Shown here piece after piece: positions 28,389-38,384 of a stretch of DNA of 58,811 nt. Within the stretch, counting starts at the first letter, position 1. The number at the start of each line of letters is the position of its first letter. The DNA is taken from the NCBI GenBank assembly GCA_003558235.1, contig PWMI01000095.1, forward strand, positions 1 through 58,811, read 5' to 3'. Source of the stretch: Candidatus Iainarchaeum sp. GTDB taxonomy: Archaea > B1Sed10-29. Below the pieces are notes generated by a model. The model did not search any database and was not told the DNA's origin. It saw only the letters and a program-made list of their open reading frames with translations. Both the position numbers and the translations under genes were made by a program.

Positions 28389-28787
28389 TCATACTACGTT
28401 TTTTGATATTGTTGCTACTTTTGGGAATCTTTTGCCGGCTTCTTTTGCTACTACTCCTTTTATTTCGCTTCCGACTGGTTCTCCTGTTTCGGTTATTAGT
28501 ACTGCTGCGTTGTCTTCGAACTTTACTCTTAGTCCGCTGCTTCTTCTGTATTCTTTTTTTTGTCTTGTTAGGACTGCTCTGACTACTTTTCCTTTCATCT
28601 TTACGTTTCCTTTTACTACGGAGCCTTTGAATGTTTGGCCGATGCCTATTTTTGGTCTTCTTCGTCTTCTTCCGCTGTGGCCTTCTTTTGCTATTACTCT
28701 TAGGATCTTGGCTCCACTATTATCGTCTACTTTTACTTTGCTTATTAGGTCCAGTGCGCCTGTTGGTTTTGAACTTATTCCTTTCAT
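28389..28787 (-). CDS. rpl14: 50S ribosomal protein L14 (uL14)
   Basis: DNSGAKILRVI and AAVLITETGEPVGSEIKGVVAKE motifs. The start is set at MKGISSK (the track ORF extends to 28847). Confidence 0.93.
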   Translation of the reverse strand: MKGISSKPTGALDLISKVKVDDNSGAKILRVIAKEGHSGRRRRRPKIGIGQTFKGSVVKGNVKMKGKVVRAVLTRQKKEYRRSSGLRVKFEDNAAVLITETGEPVGSEIKGVVAKEAGKRFPKVATISKNVV

Positions 28788-28792
28788 TTTTC

Positions 28793-29077
28793 TCACTCTA
28801 TTTTCTTCGTTACCGTGAAGTGTTTTGTTTTGCTTATTGGTCTGCATTCAGCTATCTCGACTTTGTCTCCTTCTTTTATGTCCATGCACTTTGGTTTGTG
28901 TGCAGCTATCTTGCTTTTTCTTCTTAGGTATCTTTCGTACTTTGGTTTTTTGACTAGGTAGTCTCTTCTTACTATCACCGTGTTTTTGGGCTTTGTTGAG
29001 GTTACTGTTGCTATCTGTGCAGCGCCTCTTGTTTTTAGTCCGCTGTGTATTGGGCAGTTTTTATCTGAACACGCCAT
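28793..29077 (-). CDS. rps17: 30S ribosomal protein S17 (uS17)
   Basis: KIAAHKPKCMDIKEGDKVEIAECRPISKTKHF motif. Confidence 0.94.
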   Translation of the reverse strand: MACSDKNCPIHSGLKTRGAAQIATVTSTKPKNTVIVRRDYLVKKPKYERYLRRKSKIAAHKPKCMDIKEGDKVEIAECRPISKTKHFTVTKKIE

Positions 29078-29357
29078 CGTATTTCCTCCAGTTTTTCTTT
29101 ATTCTATCTTCGGGTCGGTATGCTATTTCTTTTCCTTTTATTTTTTGATTGTTTTTTTTGAATGTGAATGTTGATGTTTTTTTCGGTATCTTTTTTTCTT
29201 TTTTTTCCTTTGTTTCTATTGTGAGTGTGTTGAGTGTTTCGTCTACTATTTTTCCTTCTATTCCTATTTTTCCTTTGTCTTTGCTGTTTGTTACTCTTGT
29301 TTTTTCTCCTATGAGTTCCCCCATCACTATCTTTGCTTTTTCTCTTTCATTTGACAT
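29061..29357 (-). CDS. rnp1: RNase P protein component 1 (Rpp29/Pop4)
   Basis: ELIGEKTRVTNSKDKGKIGIEGKIVDETLNTLTIET Sm-like pattern. Conserved slot between SUI1/L29 and S17. Confidence 0.85.
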   Translation of the reverse strand: MSNEREKAKIVMGELIGEKTRVTNSKDKGKIGIEGKIVDETLNTLTIETKEKKEKKIPKKTSTFTFKKNNQKIKGKEIAYRPEDRIKKNWRKYDGVFR

Positions 29358-29670
29358 TTATTTGTTCCTCGGAGTAGTTCATTTTTGTGAGTATGTTCTT
29401 TATTTTGTGTGTGTGGTTCCCTTGTAGTTCTATGCGTCTCCTTTTCTCGTCGTATGTTCCTCCGCATGCTAGTTTCTTTTTTAGGTCGCTTGCTAGTGAT
29501 TCCAGGTTTATTCCGGGGCTGAAGCCTTCGAGTACGGTCATTGCTTTTCCGTATCGCTTGGTTTCTATCTTCACCGTGATTTCTTGTTTTTCTTTTGTTA
29601 TTTCTTCACATACACAGATCTCTTTTGGAAGACCACATGTTGAACATATTTCTTCACTCATTTTATTCAT
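29347..29670 (-). CDS. sui1: Translation initiation factor SUI1 (aIF1)
   Basis: CSTCGLPKEICVC zinc motif, then KRYGKAMTVLEGF and ACGGT motifs. Confidence 0.9.
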   Translation of the reverse strand: MNKMSEEICSTCGLPKEICVCEEITKEKQEITVKIETKRYGKAMTVLEGFSPGINLESLASDLKKKLACGGTYDEKRRRIELQGNHTHKIKNILTKMNYSEEQINVK

Positions 29671-29878
29671 TCACACCTCGTTCGTTTTTTATTGTTAATG
29701 CTCTTGCTATTGTTCTTTTGATTTCTTTGATCTTGCCTGGGTTATCGGGTTGTGTTCCTGCGGCGATAGCTGCTTTTTCTTGTGCTAGGTCGTTTCTTAG
29801 TTGGGTTAGTAGGTCTTCTATCTCTACTTCGTCCATTTCCCTTATTTCTTTAGCTTTCTTTATCGCCATCGTTATCAT
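29663..29878 (-). CDS. rpl29: 50S ribosomal protein L29 (uL29)
   Basis: 71 aa. EIREMDEVEIEDLLTQLRNDL helical pattern, upstream of S3. Confidence 0.92.
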   Translation of the reverse strand: MITMAIKKAKEIREMDEVEIEDLLTQLRNDLAQEKAAIAAGTQPDNPGKIKEIKRTIARALTIKNERGVNE

Positions 29879-30506
29879 CTTCCTCTTTTGTTTCTTTTTT
29901 TGTTTCTTCTTCCACGTAGTTATCTAGGTCTGTTTTGTCTCTGAAGTAGGTTCCTGGTGGGACTATCTTTACGTTTATTCCGAGTTTTCCTTGTTTGAGT
30001 ATTGCTTCTCCGTTTGCTTCTCTTACTTTCTTTGTTTCTTCTCCTACTTTTTTCATGTATCCTGCTGATGCTTTTTCTCTTGTGGATATTGAGCTTGCTC
30101 CTCTTGTTAGGCCTTTTACTGAGACTTCTGCACCCATTGCGCCTGCGTCCATTATGCTTCCTACTGCTCTTTTTACTGCTCTGTTTACTCTTGTTCCTCT
30201 TAGGAGCATTTTGTTGACCCATTTGCAGATTAGTTCTGGTTGTAGGTCTCGGTCCTGTACTTCTTCTACTTCGATTTCTACTCTTTTTAGTCCGAGGTCT
30301 TCTAGTTCTTGTTTTAGTTGATCTATGTTTTTTCCTCGTTTTCCTATGACTAGTCCTGGTTTTTCTGATATTATGAGTATTCTGTGTCCGAGGGTGGTCT
30401 CTCTTATGTCAACGTTAACGATTCCAGCTCTTTTTAGGCTTTCGTTTATGTGTTCCTTTGCTTTTATTTGGTCTATTGAGCTTTTTATGAATTGTTTTTC
30501 TTTCAT
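29850..30506 (-). CDS. rps3: 30S ribosomal protein S3 (uS3)
   Basis: KH domain (LVIGKRGKNI) and AMGAEVSVKG motifs. Confidence 0.95.
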   Translation of the reverse strand: MKEKQFIKSSIDQIKAKEHINESLKRAGIVNVDIRETTLGHRILIISEKPGLVIGKRGKNIDQLKQELEDLGLKRVEIEVEEVQDRDLQPELICKWVNKMLLRGTRVNRAVKRAVGSIMDAGAMGAEVSVKGLTRGASSISTREKASAGYMKKVGEETKKVREANGEAILKQGKLGINVKIVPPGTYFRDKTDLDNYVEEETKKETKEEDDNDGDKES

Positions 30507-30511
30507 TTGAA

Positions 30512-30943
30512 TTACCTCGTTTGTTTTAGGATTATTTCGATGGTTGTTAGTTTTGTGCTTTTTCTTGGTCTTTTTTTGGCGTAGCGTGGTCTTTCTCCTG
30601 ATTTGTATGCTGCGGAGTGGACTATCTTCATCTTGTTTGTTTCGAGTCCTTCGTCTTCAGCGTTTTTCAGGGCGCTTTCTATGAGTTTTTTTACTTTTTC
30701 AGCGGATTTTACTGGGTATCCTCCGGGTCTTCCTCCTTTGGCGTGTGGCATTTGTTTCTTGTGTTTTCCGTATGTGACTGCTTGTTTTTTTGCTTTCACG
30801 TTTTCTAGGTACTTTATTGCTTTTTGCGCGTTCATTCCTCGTACTGCTCTGCAGGTTTCCATTGTTTTCTTTGGGGATACTTGTTCCCTTATGGCTTTTG
30901 CTTTTGCTGTTTCTTCTAGTGGTCCTTGGTACGAGTAACTCAT
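30512..30943 (-). CDS. rpl22: 50S ribosomal protein L22 (uL22)
   Basis: VSPKKTMETCRAVRGMNAQKA and GRPGGYP motifs. Confidence 0.94.
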   Translation of the reverse strand: MSYSYQGPLEETAKAKAIREQVSPKKTMETCRAVRGMNAQKAIKYLENVKAKKQAVTYGKHKKQMPHAKGGRPGGYPVKSAEKVKKLIESALKNAEDEGLETNKMKIVHSAAYKSGERPRYAKKRPRKSTKLTTIEIILKQTR

Positions 30944-30947
30944 TTTA

Positions 30948-31340
30948 TCACCTTACTGACATGTACTTTGTTCCTCTTGTTGCTCCGATTCCTGGTCCGG
31001 AGTGTTTTACTGCTTCTGATCTTGTTAATGCGAAGTCTCCTATGTAGTGCCCTATCATGCTGGGTTTTATTTCGATGGTTTTCCATTGTTTTCCGTTGTG
31101 GATGGATAGTTTTTTCCCGAACATCTCGGGTAGTATTGGTAGGTCTCTTATGTGTGTTTTGACTGGTTCTTTTCTGTTTGTGTCTTCCTTTAGTTTGGAG
31201 AGTACTTTTTCTTGTTGTTTTGTCAGTCCTCTTTTTAGGGTTCTCCTTTGTCTTGCTGGGAGTATCTCTGCTAGGTCTTCTCTTGTCATCTTCTTCATTT
31301 CTTCGGGTGTTTTTCCTCTGTATTTAAACTCTTTTGGCAT
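30948..31340 (-). CDS. rps19: 30S ribosomal protein S19 (uS19)
   Basis: IHNGKQWKTIEIKPSMIGHYIGDFALTR motif. Confidence 0.95.
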   Translation of the reverse strand: MPKEFKYRGKTPEEMKKMTREDLAEILPARQRRTLKRGLTKQQEKVLSKLKEDTNRKEPVKTHIRDLPILPEMFGKKLSIHNGKQWKTIEIKPSMIGHYIGDFALTRSEAVKHSGPGIGATRGTKYMSVR

Positions 31341-31345
31341 CTAAA

Positions 31346-32074
31346 TCACTTTTTTTTCCTTCCGGTTTGTTTTGATCCGAATGATCCTACGTGTTGTCCT
31401 GGTGAACCCATTTTTCCTTTCTTGGTTATTGCGTGGTGGTGTTCTTTTCCTCCGAATGGGTGGTCTACTGCGTTCATCTTTACTCCTCTTACTCTTGGGT
31501 ACTTTGTTCCTCTTGCTTTTTTCTTGTGGAAGTTTTTTCCTGCTTTTAGCATTGGTTTATCTGTTCTTCCGCCGCCTGCTGCTTTTCCTATTGTTGCTCT
31601 GCAGTTTAGGTTTACTTCTTTCATTTTTTTGCTTGGTAGCTTGATTTTTGCTTTGTTTCCTTTCTTTGACATTATCCATGAGATTGATCCTGATGACTTC
31701 GCAATCTTTCCTCCGTCTCCGGGGTTGTTTTCTATGTTGAATATTGGGAATCCTTCTGGTATTTCTTTTAGTCTCATTATGCTTCCTGTTTTGGGTTCTG
31801 CTTTTTGTCCTTCGCTTATCTGTTGTCCTATCGTTATTCCTTCTGGTGCTGGTAGGTAGCCTACTTCGTTGTTTTCGTATCGTACTTTCATGAGTATGGT
31901 TGTTCTGGCTGGGTCGTCTACTAGGTCTTCTACTTCTCCGGTTATTTTTTCTTTTTCAAGTTCGTCTATGTTTCGGTATCTGGATTTGACTTTGAAGTGG
32001 TGGGAGCTTGCCTTGTAGGTTGGGCTTCCTTTTCCTCTTCTTTGTGGTATTATTCTTTTTCCCATGTTGATCAC
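31346..32074 (-). CDS. rpl2: 50S ribosomal protein L2 (uL2)
   Basis: PRVRGVKMNAVDHPFGGKEHH motif. 242 aa. Confidence 0.96.
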   Translation of the reverse strand: MINMGKRIIPQRRGKGSPTYKASSHHFKVKSRYRNIDELEKEKITGEVEDLVDDPARTTILMKVRYENNEVGYLPAPEGITIGQQISEGQKAEPKTGSIMRLKEIPEGFPIFNIENNPGDGGKIAKSSGSISWIMSKKGNKAKIKLPSKKMKEVNLNCRATIGKAAGGGRTDKPMLKAGKNFHKKKARGTKYPRVRGVKMNAVDHPFGGKEHHHAITKKGKMGSPGQHVGSFGSKQTGRKKK

Positions 32075-32087
32075 GTTTTGTTTATTT

Positions 32088-32354
32088 TTATATTAGCTGT
32101 AGGTCTGTGGCGAGGTCCATCGCGCTGTGTTCTTTTTCTAGTTTGACCATTGCTTTCTTTTTTCCTTTTATGGTGTTTAGTGTATTGATTCTTTCTACTT
32201 TCACGTCGTAGAGTTCTTCTATGGCTTTTTTTATTTGTTCTTTGTTTGCTTCTGCGTCTACTATGAATATGAGTTTGTTTTCTCGGTCTATTGCGTCCAT
32301 TGCTTTTTCGCTTAGTAGGGGGTACTTTATTATTTCTCGTGGTGTTTTATTCAT
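32088..32354 (-). CDS. rpl23: 50S ribosomal protein L23 (uL23)
   Basis: [11 protein letters not shown] and [20 protein letters not shown] motifs. Confidence 0.94.
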   Translation of the reverse strand: MNKTPREIIKYPLLSEKAMDAIDRENKLIFIVDAEANKEQIKKAIEELYDVKVERINTLNTIKGKKKAMVKLEKEHSAMDLATDLQLI

Positions 32355-32355
32355 T

Positions 32356-33171
32356 TTATTCTTCTCCTACTCTTTGTTTTATTTGGTTTAACGCGTTTTC
32401 GGTGTATATGGTGATTCTTCCAGGGTTTCCGCCGGGTGCTAGGTGTTCTACGTTGAGGTTTTTTGCTAGGACCGTGTCGACTCCTGGGATGTTTCTGCTT
32501 GCTTTTATTAGTCCGTGGTCTTCTCCTAGTGTGATTAGTACTGTTTTTCTTCTCCTGTATTTTCTTCCTCTTGATTTTCCTTTTCCTTGTTTTATTCTTC
32601 TTCTCTGTGATCTTTGTAGCTCTTTGCTGAGGCCTACTTTATCGAGGAACTGGGTTACTTCCTTGGTCTTCTTTGTTCCCTCGAACTTGTTGTCTACCAC
32701 TAGGGGTACTTCGAGGTTGTTTATTATGTGTCCTCTTCCTTTTACTAGGTCTTTGTTTGCGGTGGCTGCTATGGCGCTTTTGAATGCTTTGATTTTTTCC
32801 TTTCTGTTGATTTTTTCTCTTAGTTTTTTCTCTTGTTTTGGGGGGTGTGCTCTTCTTCCGCCTCTTGCTTGGGGTACTTTTCTTACTTCTCCTATTCTTC
32901 CTTTTCTTGGGTAGTGTTTGAGTCTTGGTAAGCGTGAAATTCCTCTGTTTATTGTTGCGAGGTATGAGCCTCTTCTTCCTCTGTATTCCGCGGAGTTCTT
33001 CATTCCTGCTCTTTTGTCTGTTCCTTTTGCTTGGTATCTTGAGCTTTTTATTGAGAGGAATGCTCTTTTGATTAGGTCTGGTCTGTAGGTTTCTTCAAAG
33101 GTTTTTGGGAGGGTTATTTCCTTTGTTTTTTCCCCGTTGAGTCCGTATAGGTTTGTCTTCATTTTTTTCAC
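32356..33171 (-). CDS. rpl4: 50S ribosomal protein L4 (uL4)
   Basis: Operon position between L3 and L23. [10 protein letters not shown] and [12 protein letters not shown] motifs. Confidence 0.94.
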   Translation of the reverse strand: MKKMKTNLYGLNGEKTKEITLPKTFEETYRPDLIKRAFLSIKSSRYQAKGTDKRAGMKNSAEYRGRRGSYLATINRGISRLPRLKHYPRKGRIGEVRKVPQARGGRRAHPPKQEKKLREKINRKEKIKAFKSAIAATANKDLVKGRGHIINNLEVPLVVDNKFEGTKKTKEVTQFLDKVGLSKELQRSQRRRIKQGKGKSRGRKYRRRKTVLITLGEDHGLIKASRNIPGVDTVLAKNLNVEHLAPGGNPGRITIYTENALNQIKQRVGEE

Positions 33172-33175
33172 TTAT

Positions 33176-34165
33176 TTACTTTCCTTGTTTTGATTCAGTG
33201 GATATTGTGATTACTTCTGGTGCTTTTGTTTTTGTTTTTGGTCTTACTGCGTGTCGTAGGACCACTGGTCTTTTTGCTGGTCCTTGTATGCTTCCTTTGA
33301 TTATCAGGTAGTCGTTTTCTACTTCACCGTAGTTTTTGAATCCTCCTTTTGGGGTTACTTCTTTTCCTTCTTCGCCTATTTTGAGTATTCTTTTATTGTA
33401 TTCTGTTCTTTTGTGGTATCCGGATTGTCCACTCATTGGCACGGTCCATAGTACTCTTGGGGGGTTGCAGGACCCTATTGATCCTGGGTGTCTTCTGTGT
33501 CCTTTTGCTTTTCTTACTTGTAGTTTGATTCCGAATCTTTTTACTGGGCCTGTTGTTCCTTTTCCTTTTGTTACGCCTATTGTGTCTATGTATTCTCCTT
33601 CGTTGAATGCTTGTTTTACTGTGATTTCTTTTCCTAGTAGTTCTTCTGCTTTTTTGAGTTTTTCCTCGATTCTTGGTCCTTGTATGGGTATCTCGATTAC
33701 TTCCGGTTTCTTCTTTATCTTTGCTTTCCATGGTTGGGTGTGTACGAGTAGTCTTATTTCTTCTAGTTTGTCTTTGTTTTCTTCTATTTTTTCCTTGTTT
33801 CCTTTTCCTTGTTTCTGTGCTTTTACTCTGAGTTCCAGGTGTTTGTCTATTTTGTCTGAGTAGTACTCGCTGTATGATTTGAGTCCTTCATATGTTTTTT
33901 CGTATGCTCTGACTCCGTATACTTTTAGTGCTGGGCACTCTAGTACTGTGACCGGTATGGATACTTCTTGACCGTAGGATGGTGAGTTTTCGTAGGTGTC
34001 AAGCGCGATTATGTGTGTCATTCCTGCTTTGTATCCTATGAATCCTTCTGTTCCCTCTTTATCTGTTTTTAGGCAGGTTTTGAGGGCCGGATATATCCTG
34101 TTGGTTCTTTTCCTTGGGTAGTGTGCTTTTGACCCGTGTCTTGGTCTGTTTTTGCTTCTTGTCAT
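33176..34165 (-). CDS. rpl3: 50S ribosomal protein L3 (uL3)
   Basis: RPRHGSKAHYPRKR start, GYKAGMTHI and TKGKGTTGPVKRFG motifs. Confidence 0.96.
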   Translation of the reverse strand: MTRSKNRPRHGSKAHYPRKRTNRIYPALKTCLKTDKEGTEGFIGYKAGMTHIIALDTYENSPSYGQEVSIPVTVLECPALKVYGVRAYEKTYEGLKSYSEYYSDKIDKHLELRVKAQKQGKGNKEKIEENKDKLEEIRLLVHTQPWKAKIKKKPEVIEIPIQGPRIEEKLKKAEELLGKEITVKQAFNEGEYIDTIGVTKGKGTTGPVKRFGIKLQVRKAKGHRRHPGSIGSCNPPRVLWTVPMSGQSGYHKRTEYNKRILKIGEEGKEVTPKGGFKNYGEVENDYLIIKGSIQGPAKRPVVLRHAVRPKTKTKAPEVITISTESKQGK

Positions 34166-34318
34166 CGTTATTCACTTTTGTTTCTACTTTCTTCGTTAGG
34201 GTGTTCAAAATGGGATTTTAACTCCCACTTTCAGTGTTGTCCGCACTGTAGTTTGGGGTCTACGTTCTTTCTCGGACAAGTAGATTTCACTTGAGTGTTA
34301 TTTATTCTCTTCACCGAG

Positions 34319-34328
34319 GTTTAAATAT
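34319..34328 (-). promoter_or_regulatory. Candidate TATA box for the L3-to-S17 ribosomal operon
   Basis: The minus-strand reading ATATTTAAAC lies just after the NUDIX stop and about 155 nt upstream of the rpl3 ATG. The stretch between it and the ATG contains several short hairpins. Confidence 0.35.
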
Positions 34329-34329
34329 G

Positions 34330-34767
34330 TTATATTAGTGGGGGTCTTTTTGACCACCCTGTTTTCTTTGTCTTGATCCATTTTAGGTAGTGCTGTATCA
34401 TCTGATAGTGATCGAATCCTGTTTCTTTTTTCTTTACTTCCGCTGGGTTTATCCACTTTATCTCGGTGGCTTCTTCGTTCTTTGTTGGTTTTTCATTGCT
34501 TGGTTTTGCTATGAACGTGATTGATATGTAGTCTCCTCTTGGGTCTCTTTCTGGTTTGGAGTATGCTCCGAGGATGTCTTCAAGTTCTATGCTTATCCCG
34601 GTTTCTTCTTTGGCTTCTCTTACGGCTGTTTTCTCTACTTCTTCGTATTCTTCGCTGTGTCCTCCTGGGAGGACCCATTTTCCTTTGAATGGGTACTTTG
34701 ATCGTTTCATTAGGAGTATTTGTCCTTTTTCGTTTGGTATGATTATGTCCGTTGCTACTTGAGCCAT
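34330..34767 (-). CDS. NUDIX hydrolase
   Basis: Nudix box GGHSEEYEEVEKTAVREAKEETG. 145 aa. Confidence 0.9.
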   Translation of the reverse strand: MAQVATDIIIPNEKGQILLMKRSKYPFKGKWVLPGGHSEEYEEVEKTAVREAKEETGISIELEDILGAYSKPERDPRGDYISITFIAKPSNEKPTKNEEATEIKWINPAEVKKKETGFDHYQMIQHYLKWIKTKKTGWSKRPPLI

Positions 34768-34780
34768 TTTATCTTTCTCT

Positions 34781-35152
34781 TTATGATTTCCAGCTTAATA
34801 GGAATCCTACTATGAATATCAGGATGCTTGCTAGGAACTGGATGCTGTATATCATTTGTACTGTGGGTCCGTAGGAGAAGAGGGATATGACTACTCCGGC
34901 TAGTGCGGGTAGGTATATGGATCTCCCTAGGCTTATTTTGAATGTTTTCCAGTCTTTACAGGATTTTGAGAGTCCCAGCAGCGAGATGCCTACTAGTGCT
35001 AGTGATACTACGAATAGGGACTGTATGTATGGGATCAGTGTGGCTATTGAGTATAGGTGTGTTGCTGTTGGGTTTATGGTTATGCCTATTGTTGCTAGTG
35101 TTAGTAGTAGGCTTGCTGATAATAGGTTTCTCCAGAGGTATCTTTTTATCAT
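34781..35152 (-). CDS. Hypothetical membrane protein (4 predicted TM segments)
   Basis: 123-aa hydrophobic ORF with no recognisable motif. Confidence 0.45.
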   Translation of the reverse strand: MIKRYLWRNLLSASLLLTLATIGITINPTATHLYSIATLIPYIQSLFVVSLALVGISLLGLSKSCKDWKTFKISLGRSIYLPALAGVVISLFSYGPTVQMIYSIQFLASILIFIVGFLLSWKS

Positions 35153-35406
35153 AGGATCAGTTAGGTTAGTGCTTTTGGAGTTATATTGTTTTTGAATCTT
35201 GCAGGGGAGGAGTTTAATTTTTATTTCTGCTTAGTTCTCTGAATTTTTCCATGTACTCTTTGCTTATTTCTTCTTCGTCTTTTTCGTACGTGCATGTTGT
35301 TGTGTTAAAGTTCATTTTGTTATCACCCACATATATTTTGCTTTGATTCAATAAATCTCTTTAGGTGCTTCAAAGAAGGTGACTGCGTAAGGCTTTGTGC
35401 TTTTGA

Positions 35407-36006
35407 GTGAAATTTATAAATTGGAAGTGGGTTATGTTTATTGATTTTATGTTTAAGAAGTGGTTAAAGAGTAATTGGTCTCTTCTCCTTGGTATTGGTG
35501 CTATGTTTCTCCTTATAGCTGGGACGGTTGTTATTCAGGGGACTACTCTTCAGAAGGTTCTTTTTTTGATTGGTGCGCCTTTGTTGGGTGTTACGGCGTG
35601 GTCGGAAGATCAGAAGATGTTGATGTTTCTTCAGGCGGTTATAACTATCTCGGCGGTGATTGCATTTTTCCCTGATTTGGCGTTGGAGGTAAAATTCATG
35701 GGTCTATTTGTTCCGAGTGTGTTAGGGGTGATCTACTTGGTTAAGGTAGACTATATTGAGAAGGATAGTTACTGGCCGGTTGGGGCTTTCGGCTTACTCC
35801 TAATCGCGGCTGGATTGTCCGTGGCAGGAGTGTTTCCTTTTTACTTCAATCTTCTATTGGCCATTGGAGGGATTTCAGTTGCTCTATATGCTTTTTTAGG
35901 GTACTACTTCCTCAAGGTAAAGATACAGTTGATGTGGCTTATTCTCAATGTTCTCTTCGCGGTAAATCCTTTGATAAGGGTTGCGGCGTTTTTACTTGGT
36001 TTCTGA
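35407..36006 (+). CDS. Hypothetical polytopic membrane protein
   Basis: 199-aa ORF with 5-6 hydrophobic segments. It is the only plus-strand gene inside the 51-kb minus-strand block. The start is uncertain: GTG at 35407, or ATG at 35434 or 35449. Confidence 0.5.
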   Translation: MKFINWKWVMFIDFMFKKWLKSNWSLLLGIGAMFLLIAGTVVIQGTTLQKVLFLIGAPLLGVTAWSEDQKMLMFLQAVITISAVIAFFPDLALEVKFMGLFVPSVLGVIYLVKVDYIEKDSYWPVGAFGLLLIAAGLSVAGVFPFYFNLLLAIGGISVALYAFLGYYFLKVKIQLMWLILNVLFAVNPLIRVAAFLLGF

Positions 36007-36033
36007 GTTAGGTTAACTGGTTTTTTTTGTAAA

Positions 36034-36114
36034 CGCCGGGAAAGGGATTCGAACCCTTGTGGCCGAAGGCCACCGGTCCTCAAAACCGGCGCATTTCCGC
36101 TCTGCCATCCCGGC
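36034..36114 (-). tRNA. tRNA-Ser (anticodon TGA), class II, no intron
   Basis: Hand-folded. GCCGGGA/TCCCGGC acceptor; CCGGT-TTTGAGG-ACCGG anticodon arm; variable arm TGGCCTTCGGCCAC; T-arm AAGGG-TTCGAAT-CCCTT. Confidence 0.9.
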
Positions 36115-36128
36115 GTGTTGTTTAGTGG

Positions 36129-36638
36129 TTATTTTCTGTTTTTCTTCTTACTTGCTTCTTTCAGGGCTTTTTCGTACTCTATCTTGTCTTTCTTTGCCCA
36201 GTTCTTTACTGTGTATTCCATGATTTTTCCTTCATCGTTTTGCGTGACTACTGTTTTTATTCCTGCGTTTATGATTGCTCTTTTGCATCTGTTGCAGGGG
36301 TGGGACTCTGTGTATCTGTTTTTCTTGACGTCTTTGCCTATTACGAAGAGTGTTCCGTCTTTTACTTGTGTTCCGTTTCTCGCTGCGTTTACTATTGCGT
36401 TTTCTTCTGCGTGTACCGCTGGGCATAGGTCGTATCTTTCCCATTTGGGTGCGTTCATCTCGTCTTTGAGGCATTTATTGCAGTTGGAGGATCCTCTTGG
36501 GGGCCCGTTGTAGCCTGTGGATACTATTGCGTCTTCTTTTATTATTATTGCTCCAAACTTTCTTCTTAGGCAGGGGCTTCTTTTCCCTACTGCTTTTGAG
36601 ATGTTTAGGTAGTACTCTTTCTTCGTGGGTCTGGTCAT
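36129..36638 (-). CDS. dCMP/cytidine deaminase-family zinc enzyme
   Basis: CPAVHAEENAI (HAE) and PCNRCKRAI (PCxxC) zinc motifs. Confidence 0.88.
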   Translation of the reverse strand: MTRPTKKEYYLNISKAVGKRSPCLRRKFGAIIIKEDAIVSTGYNGPPRGSSNCNKCLKDEMNAPKWERYDLCPAVHAEENAIVNAARNGTQVKDGTLFVIGKDVKKNRYTESHPCNRCKRAIINAGIKTVVTQNDEGKIMEYTVKNWAKKDKIEYEKALKEASKKKNRK

Positions 36639-36686
36639 GTTAGAATTAGTGTGGTGGTTTAATTTAATCTATTCGGTGGGTTACTT

Positions 36687-37001
36687 TTAGTCGTTCTTTA
36701 GTTCTATTTCTAGGTGTACGTTGCTGGGTACTTCTGTTCGCATTATTTGTCTTAGTGTTCTTTCGTCTGCTTCTATGTTTATTAGTCTTTTGTGTATTCG
36801 CATTTCCCATTTTTCGTAGGTTCTTGAGCCGTCTCCACATGGGCTCTTCATTGTGTGGATTTTTTTTCTGTCGGTGGGTAGAGGGATGGGCCCAGATACT
36901 TTTACTCCTGTTTTTTCCGCTATTCTCTTTATTTCTCTGCATAGGTTGTCCAGTTTTTCGTGGTCTGGGCTTATTGCTTTTATGCTTGCTTCTTGGGCCA
37001 T
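36687..37001 (-). CDS. rps10: 30S ribosomal protein S10 (uS10)
   Basis: 104 aa. GPIPLPT motif, downstream of tuf as in all archaea. Confidence 0.95.
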   Translation of the reverse strand: MAQEASIKAISPDHEKLDNLCREIKRIAEKTGVKVSGPIPLPTDRKKIHTMKSPCGDGSRTYEKWEMRIHKRLINIEADERTLRQIMRTEVPSNVHLEIELKND

Positions 37002-37032
37002 CTTTTACACCTTTTTAAAATAAATTGGGGTT

Positions 37033-38304
<1,272 letters not shown>

Positions 38305-38345
38305 TCATTGCACCTCCATTAGTATTGTTATTATTCTCTCACCAT

Positions 38346-38358
38346 TATTTATATAAGT
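38346..38358 (-). promoter_or_regulatory. Candidate TATA box/promoter for tuf-rps10
   Basis: The minus-strand reading CTTATATAAATAA lies about 45 nt upstream of the tuf ATG, in the 80-nt gap after fusA. Confidence 0.45.
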
Positions 38359-38384
38359 GGTTCGCTTCATAGTCGAGTTACTTT

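Noticed and set aside
34255-34285. The CAAGTGAAATCTACTTG hairpin in the L3 leader resembles the RTGAA motif at the 3' ends of the T-loop introns.
   Set aside because: The shared element is only about 5-6 nt in an A-rich background, so a chance match cannot be excluded without genome-wide statistics.
35214-35315. A 33-aa minus-strand ORF (MNFNTTTCTYEKDEEEISKEYMEKFRELSRNKN) in the 254-nt divergent intergenic region. It has a weak GGTGAT RBS and an ATATAT element upstream.
   Set aside because: It is too short and has no recognisable motif, so coding status cannot be supported from sequence alone. It is kept as a note only. The same applies to the 33-aa ORF at 54550..54651.
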